Assembly (NCBI RefSeq): GCF_009914755.1
Contig: NC_060927.1
Reading direction: 5' to 3' (one strand)
Length of the DNA: 64,000 nucleotides
Source: the human T2T-CHM13v2.0 reference genome, Homo sapiens
This document shows positions 44,592-64,000 of the stretch, piece after piece. Numbering within the stretch: position 1 is the first letter of the stretch; each line of letters begins with the position of its first letter. The translations under genes and the position numbers were made by a program. The notes beneath the pieces are model-generated. The model worked only from the letters and a program-made list of their open reading frames with translations. It was not told the DNA's origin and did no database searches.

Positions 44592-45338
44592 GTGAGTGGC
44601 TCTGAGAGTGTCAGATGTGCTTTGGCTAAGCTTGAAGACGGTTAGTCGGGGTTAACCAGGCAGTTGGCTAGGCAGTGCCTTCTTGAGCACACGCGGAGGA
44701 GAACACTGATCGCAGGATGGGCAGTTGCTGCCTCTGGGGCAGCCCCACAAGTGCTGTGCTCTCTTCCCCAGAGGAGTGCAGACCCCTGAGCCTGGTGGTC
44801 TCTCCTCACAGCTGCGCCTCCAGGAGGCATCCGTGGGTGTGTGCATTTTGCCTTCTCTCTCTCAGCTAGAAGCAACAGCCCCTCTTGGCCTGCGGATAGC
44901 GATCAGGCCTCTCCCCTGTGCTTTCTAGCTCCCTAGAGGCTTCACTGGTGCTCCTGCCCTTAAGGAGATGTGTTGCAGCAACAGTCTCTCTGGTGTTTAT
45001 ATAAGGAAAACAGTGCACCGAAAATGGTGGCCATTTATATTGATCACAGTACTCAGCAGAATCAGATTTGGAACTGAAAAAAAATGATCACCTCCCTACC
45101 TCCTTGACCCCCCTTCCTCCACTGCCAATGTCTTCCCAAGGCTTCCTTCCAGGGTAAAGGGTGAGTACATCAAGAAACTCACCTCTGGCTGTCCCCTGTC
45201 ACTCGGCCCCACCTACTCAGATTTGAGACACAGCACCATGGGATGACACTTCTGGCAGGATCTTGGGGGCCACAAAACTGATCTTTCCTGTCCATTGCCT
45301 CAAATAGATGTGTGCCCTCTTCTTGATGTGGTGGTTTA

Positions 45339-45601
<263 letters not shown>

Positions 45602-46523
45602 CTACACTATAGCCTGGGCAACAGAGCGAGACTCCATCTCAAAAAAAAAAAAGAGACCTGCGGCTTATGTGGAAGGGGAAGCCATGAGGACGGATGACCT
45701 GGTAGGGCAGTCGGGTGCCCACCTGGCTCCTGTAGCTCCTCTTACCCGTCTCCTTGCCAGCCAAGTGGATCCTTTCTTGCCATTTTGACCACGTGTAATA
45801 TATGTATATATGGTTGGGTAAGTTGCCAAAATATAGGCTGAGACTCCTGGTTTCTTTAGGTGTTGGTGGTCCCTTCCACTGTCCCTGCGGAAGTTCTCTG
45901 CTCTGCCCCAAAGCCTGAACTATCTTGGACTTCCTCTTGTTGCCTTTTTCTGGGGCCTCCAAAGTATAGGTTCCTAAAGCATTCTCCCGTGTATTCAGCA
46001 GATCCTTTACGCCTTAATTCTGTGCTGCTAGATGTAGTTGTTTAGCACATGTAGTACCAGATGTCATCCCCGATCCAGAAGTGGATAGAGAGATTGCTGA
46101 GCCAGTAAATGCTTTCTTTTTTCAGAACTTCCCTCCTTTTTCACAGGGAAAGGAATCAACTTTCTCTCCTCCAAGAATACGGAGAAGGCTTAATGTTGGT
46201 GTAAAGAAAGGGGTGCATGCGTAAGGCTCTCTCTTTTTTTTTTTTTTGCCTTTGTTTTATTTCTTCTTTCTATTTTTATTTATTTATTTATTTATTTATG
46301 AGATGGAGTCTCACTCTGTCACCCAGGCTGGAATGTGGTGGCATGATGTCGGCTCACTGCAACCTCTGCCTCCTGGATTCATGTGATTCTTGTGCCTCAG
46401 CCTCCCTGGTAACCGGAACTACAGGCATGCACCAGCATGCCCAGCTGATTTTTTTGTATTTTCAGTAGAGACGGGGTTTCACCATTTTGCCCAGGCTGGT
46501 CTCCAACTCCTGGGCTCAAGTGA

Positions 46524-46927
<404 letters not shown>

Positions 46928-47243
46928 TGATTGATTGATTGATTGAGATGGAGTCTCACTCTGTTGTCCAGGCTGGAGTGCAATGGCGCAATGTCGGCTC
47001 ACTGCAACCTCCCTCCTGGGTTTGAGCCATTCTCCTGCCTCGGCCTCTTGAGTAGCTGGGATTACAGGCACCTGCCACCATGCCCAGAGCTAATTTCTGT
47101 ATTTTTAGTAGAGATGGAGTTTCACCACACTGGCCAGGCTGGCCTTGAACTCCTGACCTCAGGTGATCCACCCTCCTCGGCCTCCCAAAGTGCTGGGATG
47201 ACAGGCATGAGCCACCGTACCTGGTCTTTAAGGTCCTTTAGAG

Positions 47244-47470
47244 GAGGAGTTGGTAATCTTTTTTTTGTAATCATCAGGTAATAAATATTTTACGCTGTGT
47301 GGGGCATATGCTTTCTGTTGCAGTTATTTGACTCTGCCATTATAGAATGAAAGCAGTCATAGATAATAGCAAATAACATAGTAAATGAGTGTGGCTCTGT
47401 TCCAATAAAACTTTCTAACAACAGGCAGGGGTCTGGATTTGGTCTGCAGGCTGTAGTTTTCCAACTCCTG
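47244..47470 (+). mobile_element. Full-length MER58A-like hAT MITE
   Basis: Inverted termini aggagttgg / ccaactcctg; degenerate 8-bp TSD ctttagag / ctctagac; internal gttccaataaaacttt. Confidence 0.8.
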
Positions 47471-47639
47471 CTCTAGACCAGTGAGGAGAAGAACACAGAA
47501 GCAGAAGAGTTCCAAGAGCTGCTGTAAAGAGTTGCCCTTATCTTACAAGAGTCATTGAGGTTTGTGGAGGTGAAATACTTGCTCAGGGTGACTCTTGCTG
47601 TTAGAACCCAGTTGAAATAAATGAATAGGAAAAGGGGAC

Positions 47640-48926
<1,287 letters not shown>

Positions 48927-49162
48927 TGATCCGCCTGCCTCAGCCTCCCAGAGTGCTGGGATTACAGGCATGAGCCACTGCGCCTGGCTGATTTTTTTTT
49001 AACATAAAAATCTAAACATCTGTTCAACACATGTGTTGTAAACTAGAAAAAATAGTATAATGAACCTGCAAGTACCTGTCACCCAGCTTCAACAATTAAC
49101 AACTCATGGCCAGTGTTGCTTTGTGTATAGCTCTTCATTTTGGCTTCTTTAGAGGCAACTAA

Positions 49163-49730
<568 letters not shown>

Positions 49731-50179
49731 TAAATCTGTTTCCTGAAGAGGTCTTCCTTGGCCTGGCTCCAGATTTTCTTTTTCGTTTTTTAAACTTTTA
49801 ATAGAGTTGGGGTTTCACTATGCTGCCCAGACTGGTCTCAAAATCCTGGGCTCAGGGGATCCATCCGCCTCAACCTCCCAAAGTGTTGGGATTGCAGGCA
49901 TGAGCCACGGCGCCTGGCCCTGGCTCCAGATCTTCACCAGGTTTACTTTGTAAGCCGTTAAATAAGATGGGGCTGCCAATTTGCCAGAGGCACGTGAGGG
50001 GTAGTTAGGAACAATTGGTAGGACCTAGAGGGAACTAACTTCGCTTCCTTAGATGACATTGAGCTAAGGCCTAGCATTATTTTCCCCCCAACAGCCTCAT
50101 TCCATCTTCCTGCCTTCCATCCACACGACTGCTGGTTTAGATTTGCTGGAGAGTGAGCTCTGCAGGGTCCTAGCCCTGG

Positions 50180-50780
50180 GCAGCGCCGAGCCCGCCTACT
50201 GAAGGCCCAGGGCTGTGGTGAGCGAGGACGGGCTGCTGATGCCCTCGCCTAGGCTTGGGCTTCGGGTCCGCCCGGCCCGCAGGGGGCGCGCGGCGCTCGG
50301 GCCGGCCGCTCCCGTTCTCTTCGCCCGGTCCCTGCCGCGCACAGGCCTCGGGGTCGGCGGGAGCACGATGGCGGCCGCTAGGAGACTCATGGCGCTGGCC
50401 GCCGGCATCTCTCCGCGCCTGCAGCCGCTGGGTCCCCGCGCTGCTGGGCGACAGGGTCGCTCGCGCGGCTTCTCTTCAAGCTGCGCCCACCCCGACCACA
50501 CCAAGGAAGCCGCCGAGGCCGAGTCAGGGATGGCCCCCGGCGGGCCTGGGGAAGGCGACGGAAGCTTGGTGAACGGTGAGGGCATCGGCGGGGGCGGGCG
50601 GTCCGCAGCGCCCTTGACTCCTGGGATGGCAGAGCTAGGGGCGCGGGCCGAAATCGGGCCTGGCGGCCGGGGGTCCTCTCTTCCATAGTGGCCAAGTTCG
50701 CCATCCGTCGGCGGGCAGCGGCCTTGCTGTTTGTAAAGCTTAGCGTGGCACAGGCCCGAATGGACCCTTAGAGTACCTGC
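50180..50780. promoter_or_regulatory. DHX30: Intragenic CpG island / proximal promoter of the mitochondrial DHX30 isoform
   Basis: CpG-dense island around the alternative first exon, with GC boxes, E-box CACGTG at 49991-49996 and a YY1-like GATGGCGGC overlapping the ATG. Confidence 0.88.
50368..50575 (+). CDS. DHX30: DHX30 alternative first exon encoding a mitochondrial targeting peptide (69 aa, [18 protein letters not shown]...GDGSLVN)
   Basis: acgATGG start, donor ACG|gtgagg in phase 1 joining exon 5 in frame. The first 42 residues contain 7 Arg and no Asp/Glu. Confidence 0.92.
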
Positions 50781-51713
50781 TCCCGGCAAGAATAGGTGAG
50801 AGGTGCGAGACCTCGAGGGAGTGGGGAAAACGAGTAAAAGTCCAACTCCTGCCAGGATGAGTGGCCAAGGGCTAGAGCTTCTAGGGACAAGCATGCCCTC
50901 ACCAGTGTGAGAAATAGCCCAAAGTAACTCCTGGGACATCAGGATCTCAAATAGAGACAGAATGACTGTTCTGGTGGATTCCAGCTTTGTGCCTCCCAAA
51001 TAGTGCAGAGGATAAAACTGTTGAAAGCATCAAGGATGGGTAGAGAGCGCCAGCCTCCACCAACCTTATAGAGCTGAAGGTGGGGGCGGGGTGGTGGTCT
51101 CAGTGCAGCTCTATTGTTAAACCAGTGGGTGTAATGGGCTACTCGAAGTTGGGTCCCTCTGTGACGAAACCCCCCCCGCCCCGGCCAAGTCCACTTAGAT
51201 ATGGTTTCTTAACTGCTTAACTGCTTGACTCTTAGTTGCTTTACAAGTTACCGCTTAGAGGGAGACAGGATCAGGTGTCCTCCATCCTGGCCACTTGACA
51301 CAGGAGTCTGTCCCAAGGAAACAGTCTCAAACCAGGCAGCAGAGTTACATCAGAACGCTTGGAAGCACTTTTTGAAAATATAGAGTCGCCTCCAACATCG
51401 CTCCCATTCTCAGGTCCCCTGTGGGGAGCTGGATGTCCATGCGGTGAAAAAGCTCCCCAGGTGATCAGTGTACACGCAGGTGCACATGTGCATATATACA
51501 GCTCCTTTTGGAGCTGCCAGAGGCTAGAGTGGAGAATGATATGGCCCCCCATGTTCCTAGCAGACCTCTTCATGACCTGGTTAAGCCTTGTGTCTGGTAC
51601 AAGCTTACCCTAGGTAGATATCTCTTCCCTTTCTGCTCTGAGATTAATCCAAAAAACAAGAAAAAGAAGCGAGGTACCTCTCATGGTATCTGATGCATCA
51701 ATTTTCCCCTTGA

Positions 51714-52008
<295 letters not shown>

Positions 52009-52631
52009 TGACCTTGTGATCCACCCGCCTTGGCCTCCCAAAGTGCTGGGATTACAGGCGTGAGCCACCACGCCCAGCCAGATGTAGAGGTCTTTAATCA
52101 GTCCCCACACATAGTTTGGTTCTGTGGGAGTCTTTTGCAGTGTGCTTAGATACGGTTGAGAGCTGGGGCCTGGTATTCAGCATCTGGATCTCATCACTTG
52201 AGATACATGGGGCCAGGTCTCTCGTGTGTGTGTCTTATTTTAGGAAGAGCCTTGCATTGTCTTGATCTCCAGTTTGTGTGTGTGGTGGATTTTTGTTTTT
52301 GTATTTTTTGCTTGCTTGTTTGTTTAGTGTCTTCTTTCAGACATCAGACTGGGGGGTTTATTGACCAACCAGGCTTTTGTAGGTGATGTATGAAATGAGG
52401 AGATTGGGCGGAGAAGAGGATGCTGGTAGGATCCCTTCTGTGGTGTGTGGGTCATTGGCCCTTCTTCAGGAGATGGTTATTCAAGTGGGTCTGGCCCCAC
52501 TCTTCCCTGTAAACCCTGAAGTCATTCCTCTTTTCTTTTCCAAGATGCTCCTGGGTGGTTTGGGGTCATGAGCCAACATCCTCAGAATCCAGCCCAGGGT
52601 TGCCCTGATACACACCCCATGGAGTTTTTAA

Positions 52632-52874
<243 letters not shown>

Positions 52875-53169
52875 TAGGTTTCTTTGTCAAGGAGGCCATA
52901 GAATGGGTTTCCTGAATTAAAATGGTCAGCAGAGACTCAGAGCAAAGCTAGGTTTGAAGAAGAGCCAGAATACACGTGCCTGGTTTAGGGAAGAGGAACA
53001 CAGGGCAAATGAGGTGCCATCTTATCTAAGACAGGCGCCTATACGGATCCTTGGTTTTTGCCCCCATCGACTAAGGACTGCAGAGGGTTAGAGTTAATGA
53101 TAATTCTTGCCCTTACAGTCTTATAGATTCTGGAACCATAGAAGCATGCCAGCAAACCATTCTGGATGA

Positions 53170-53400
<231 letters not shown>

Positions 53401-53475
53401 TAGTCTCAAACCCCTTGGTTCAAGGGATCCTCCCTCCTCAGCCTCCCAAAATTGTGGGAGACACCACTGCTCTCA

Positions 53476-53877
<402 letters not shown>

Positions 53878-54330
53878 TCACAAGGTCAGGAGATCGAGAC
53901 CATCCTGGCTAACATAGTGAAATCCCGTCTCTACTAAAAGTACAAAAAATTAGCTGGGCGTGGTGGTGGGCACCTGTAGCCCCAGCTACTTGGGAGGCTG
54001 AGGCAGGAGAATGGCGTGAGGCAACAGTGCAGCCTGGGCAACAGTGCAAGACTCTGTCTCAAAAAAAAAGATGAAGATGGATCCCGGCTTGGCCTCTGGC
54101 TAGAACATGGCACCTTGAAGGAGCAAAACAACTTGGGGTAGAACAGATTGTTTCACGGTGAGACAGTTAGAGCCTTATAAGGAGTTAATGATGGGATTGG
54201 GGTTCTGTCCTCTGTTCTCAACTCTGAACCTAGCACATTGCTGCTGTGAGGTCTGCTGCTGTGAGGTCCACCACTGTTTATTTTCCATGTAATTTGCAAC
54301 AACTCTAGTCTGGAGTGGCAAGACTTCTGA

Positions 54331-54477
<147 letters not shown>

Positions 54478-54614
54478 TGAAAGCCACTGAGACCTTCCTC
54501 CTGGAAACTCCTTGCCCTTTGTTTTTATTGGTAGAGGTTGGCCCAGTGTTCTACCACTCACCTGCCCTGAGCCCTTCCCACTTCCTGATTCCTTTCTTAC
54601 TGTTCAGCCAATGA

Positions 54615-54923
<309 letters not shown>

Positions 54924-55180
54924 TAGGCCTCTCAAAGTGTTGGGATTACAGGCGTGAGCTCGTAATCTATTTTCTGTGGTTTTAAAAACCGCCCAGCCTA
55001 TCTTCTGTGGTTTTAAAAACTACAGAGAGGAACTACTTTATGAAAAACTTCCGACACACAGCGTGAGGGATATATTTCCATGTTGGTTTCTGTTTTTCTT
55101 TTCTCATCATTTCATGTAGGTTTTTCTCTATCGCAATGTAGTCCTGTCTTACTTTTTTTAAATTTTTTAATTTTTTTTAA

Positions 55181-55396
<216 letters not shown>

Positions 55397-55560
55397 TGAT
55401 CTGCCTACCTCGGCCTCCCAAAGTGCTGGGATTACAGGCATGAGCCACCATGCCTGGCCAACTTTTTTTTTAATTTTTAAAAATATTTTCATTTTTAGGC
55501 CAGGCACGGTGGCTCACGCCTGTATTCCCAGCACTTTGGGAGGCCGAGGTGGGCAGATCA

Positions 55561-56106
<546 letters not shown>

Positions 56107-56400
56107 TAGAGATGGGGTTTTTCCATGTTGCCCAGGCTGGTCCCAAACTCCTGGTCTCAAGCAGTCCTCCCACCTCAGCCTCGCAAAGTGCTGGGATTAC
56201 AGGTGTGAACCACCGCACCCGGCCAGGTTGCTAAGTCTTCATCTCTGCTCTGACAAGAAAAAGCCACAGGATGCGTATTCCCTCAGCTTCTCTTCTACTC
56301 ATGGTCTCCAGGATTTTACTGTTCCTTTCTCTTTCCTGCACTTGAAGAGGCCCTGTTGCTATTCTGGGCCCCCATAGTACCCATCTCTTTTCTCTGTTCC

Positions 56401-56792
56401 TGTAATAGTCCATTGCTATAAAGGAATACATGAGACTGGGTAATGTATTAAAAAAAAAAAAAAGAGGTTTATTTGTCTCACAGTTCTGCAAACTGTACAA
56501 GAAGCCTGGTGCCAGCATCTGCTTGACTTCTGGTGAGGCCTCAGGAAGTCATGGTGGAAGGGAAGGGGAGCTGGTGTGTCCCACAGCAAGAGAGAAGCTA
56601 GAGTCATTGAAACAACTAGCTCCTGTGTGAACTAACAGGGCAAGAACTCAGTCATTACTGTGGGGAGGGCATCAAGCCATTCATGAGAGATCTGCCCCCA
56701 TGACCCAAACACCTCCCACCAGGCCCACCTTTGTCATTGGGGATCACATTTTGGCATGAGATGTGGAGGGGGCAGATACCCAGACTGTAACA
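56401..56792 (-). mobile_element. MSTB-like MaLR solo LTR, uninterrupted
   Basis: TG...CA ends, near-TSD gttcc / gtgcc, internal atctgcccccatgacccaaacacctcccaccaggccc. Confidence 0.85.
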
Positions 56793-57899
56793 GTGCCCTT
56801 TTCTGTGTCTCTTCTGCATCTCCTCTCTTGCCCTTTTGTTTAATTTTCAGATTCTTCCTCTTCTGGTTCTTTTCTATAGGCCTCAAAAATATTCAGTGCT
56901 CTGATTTTTTCCCTTGGCTCTGATCCACTGCAAACAGCTCTCTGTGCTTGTATTTTCTCCACTCTGCTGACTTGGCCATCTTCGTTCATGCCCTCTAGTT
57001 ACTTTTTTTTTTTTTTTTTAAATAGAGATGGGGTCTTACTATATTGCTGAGGCTGGTTTTGAACTCCTGGGTTCAAGCCATCCTCCCGCCTCAGCCTCCC
57101 AAAGTGCTAGGATGACAGGCATGAGCCACTGCACCCAGCCTATGTGTATTTTACTCAATTTAAAACAGAAAAAAAAGGCTTTAGTGGACCACTCTAAATA
57201 CTTTTCCTTGTTGCACACTTTAGGTATTTAGTTTTCTCTCTGAAGGCCTTTTCCTTTTTCTTTTTTTTTTTTTTTTTTATTCCTCTCTCCCATCGTCTTG
57301 GCATTTTCCTTATTGTTGAATCTTGAACTATTCTTAATGAATGGTTATATCTGGAGGGGCTGATAAAATGATCCATTTTATATTAACTTGAGAGCCAGTT
57401 AATATCTTTTTTTTTTTTTTAATAGAGACAGGGTCTTACTCTGTTGCCCAGGCTGGTCTCTAATTCCTGGGCTGAAGCGATCCTTCTGCCTCGGCCTCCC
57501 AAAGTGCTGGGATTACAGATGTGCGCTGACTGCCTGGCCTCTGTGTACCTCTGTATCCCCACAGTGCTCTGTAGCCTTGGCACTGCCATGCATTTCGTCC
57601 TCAGCCACTGGAAGACCTCTGCTTCTCTTTTCTCTCTAGGTCACTCTCAAGTACCTTTTCCTCTTCCACCCTCTAAAACATCTTGATTGATTGATTGATT
57701 GAGATGGGGTCTAGCTATGTTGTCTAGGCAGGTCTTGAACTCCAGAGCTCCTGCCTCAGCTTCCAGGTAGCTGGGATTACAGGCACACACAACCATGCCC
57801 AGCTAATTTTCTTTCCTCCCTGGGGAATCTTGTCTCTTACAGGTTCAACCATTCTCTCTGTGTTTAATGTCTCGAAAATATGCATCTCCCATAGGGTAG

Positions 57900-61402
<3,503 letters not shown>

Positions 61403-61784
61403 CTCTGCCTGGCTGACTGGCTGGCTGGATGTTTGAAGGCACTTTAAACTCAGACTTTTGTTTTTTGAGATGGAGTCTTTCTCTTTCGCCCAGGCTAGAG
61501 TGCAATGGTGCAATGGCGTGATCTTGGCTCACTGTAACCTCTGTCTGCCTCCTGGATTTAAGTGATTCTCCTGCCTCAGCCTCCCTCATAGCTGGGATTA
61601 CAGGTGCCTGCCACCACGCCTGGCCAATTTTTGTATTTCTAGTAGAGATGAGGTTCCACCATGTTGGCCAGGCTGGTCTCAAAGTCTCCTGACCTTAGGT
61701 GATCCGCCTGCCTCTGCCTCCGCCTCCCAAAGTGTTGGGATTACAGACATGAGCTACTGTGCCCGGCCATCCCAGCCTGTCTGA

Positions 61785-62141
<357 letters not shown>

Positions 62142-62623
62142 TAGTTGTTTTTGTTTTTTTGATCATAGCGATCCTAATGGGTGTGAGATGAGATCTTGTT
62201 GTGGTTATAGGAGTTGTTTTTTATTCTAGAACTCAGCCTTTTATTCTCTAATAGCTGTACTCCCAGTTCTTCAGCGTTTCCCTTTCCCCCCAAATCAGAT
62301 GTCTTTTTCTGCATTGCCCATAGGCTTGGTGAGACGTGCTGGCAGCACAAAGGGGACTGAGTCAGCAGCCACAGCCAAGAAGAAGGTGTCCACGGGAGGA
62401 CATAAATGCACCCCAGCCTCCTAAATAGAAGAGGCTTATTCTTGAAGAATGGTCCTTGCCAGGGCCGAGGGCTGGAGCAAGGCACTCCAGACTCAGGCCA
62501 ATGTGGCTTAGAGCCCGGGTGAATATGCGTGGCTATGGGGAATGAGAATGAATGTGGGTCTGCCTGCTGGGCCATGCGGTAGACGGGCAGGGAGGAGCTA
62601 GAACTCCAGGGCCTTCACTGTCA

Positions 62624-63235
<612 letters not shown>

Positions 63236-64000
63236 TTATGGCAAGAACAGTGGCTGGTGGATGTTGGTACAGCTCAGGACCGGTGTGGGAGCATGGCCAG
63301 GACCAGCAGTGAGCCTGTGGGGACGAGATCCTCTGGTCTAGTGAAAGAGTGGTTGCAAAGGCAGGGGGAGAACGGTGCTGTCCTGCTGGGGAAGCCAGGC
63401 CAAGGAGGGATGCTTGTATTGCTGCTCTGTGGAACCAGAGGCATTCTTGTCAGAAGGGAGGCGGTGACGCAAAAGTGTGGCAGCTGAGCCTTGGATCGGG
63501 CCCTGCCCCAAGGGTTCGCGAATGTGTGTGTGGCATACCTTGGCCCCATCGTCTGTCCCATAATCCTGCGGTTTTCACGCGTCTATTCTTAATAGACAGA
63601 CTTTAGAATTGGTTTGTCAAATGCTTAATAAGAAGCCTCTGCAGACTTTGATTGGAATTGTGTTCAATTTATGGATTAATTTAAGAGGTTTTTGTCTCCT
63701 CACACATAAAAGTTCTATCATCCAGGAACATATATCTCCATGGATTTACATCCTTTTGCCAAGTTGTGTGCTTAGTCCATACCTTTCTGACCCACCTTAG
63801 TTCACCTTAGGTAGGTGATGGTTTTTGTTACTGTTGTGAATAGAATTTTTAAAATTAAATTTAATTATCTCAAAAACCCAAGGAGAAAGTTTTATGAAGG
63901 CAGGCCATGGTCACTCTCCAGCTTGTCATGAGTTGGGTGGGATTGAAAGCTCACTGTAGAGAGGTTCCTGGCCCGTGGCCCGTGCTGTCTGCTGTCACAT

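Noticed and set aside
50196-50999. 267-aa antisense ORF
   Set aside because: Shadow of the GC-rich mitochondrial exon; the listed start is not an ATG and there is no domain evidence.

Overview
Primate, most likely human, genomic DNA that is extremely Alu-rich (well over 100 Alu copies or fragments, by rough eye count). It contains the 5' half of DHX30 (DExH-box RNA helicase 30) on the + strand. Positions 1-27.7 kb are intergenic and made of Alu, L1, L2, LTR and MER elements. A CpG-island promoter at about 28.0-29.0 kb is followed by non-coding exons 1-2, coding exons 3-4 (MFSLDSFRK...GTISR), a tiny alternative start exon (ATG GCA G|gt, 44585-44591), a second CpG-island promoter and first exon encoding a mitochondrial presequence ([10 protein letters not shown]..., 50368-50575), and shared exons 5-6 encoding the first dsRNA-binding domain. 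The gene continues past the window end. Nearly all other ORFs in the track are Alu translations or GC-island artefacts. I see no wholly new gene. The most interesting structure is a combinatorial 5'-end control system in DHX30: five phase-1 donors that can all join the same acceptor, two uORFs, a candidate cassette exon opening a 60-aa overlapping ORF, a candidate intronic terminal exon, a stop-restart microexon, and a perfect splice donor folded into a U1-mimicking hairpin. There are also several repair and retrotransposition scars. Gene identity and repeat subfamily names come from recalled sequences, not database searches.
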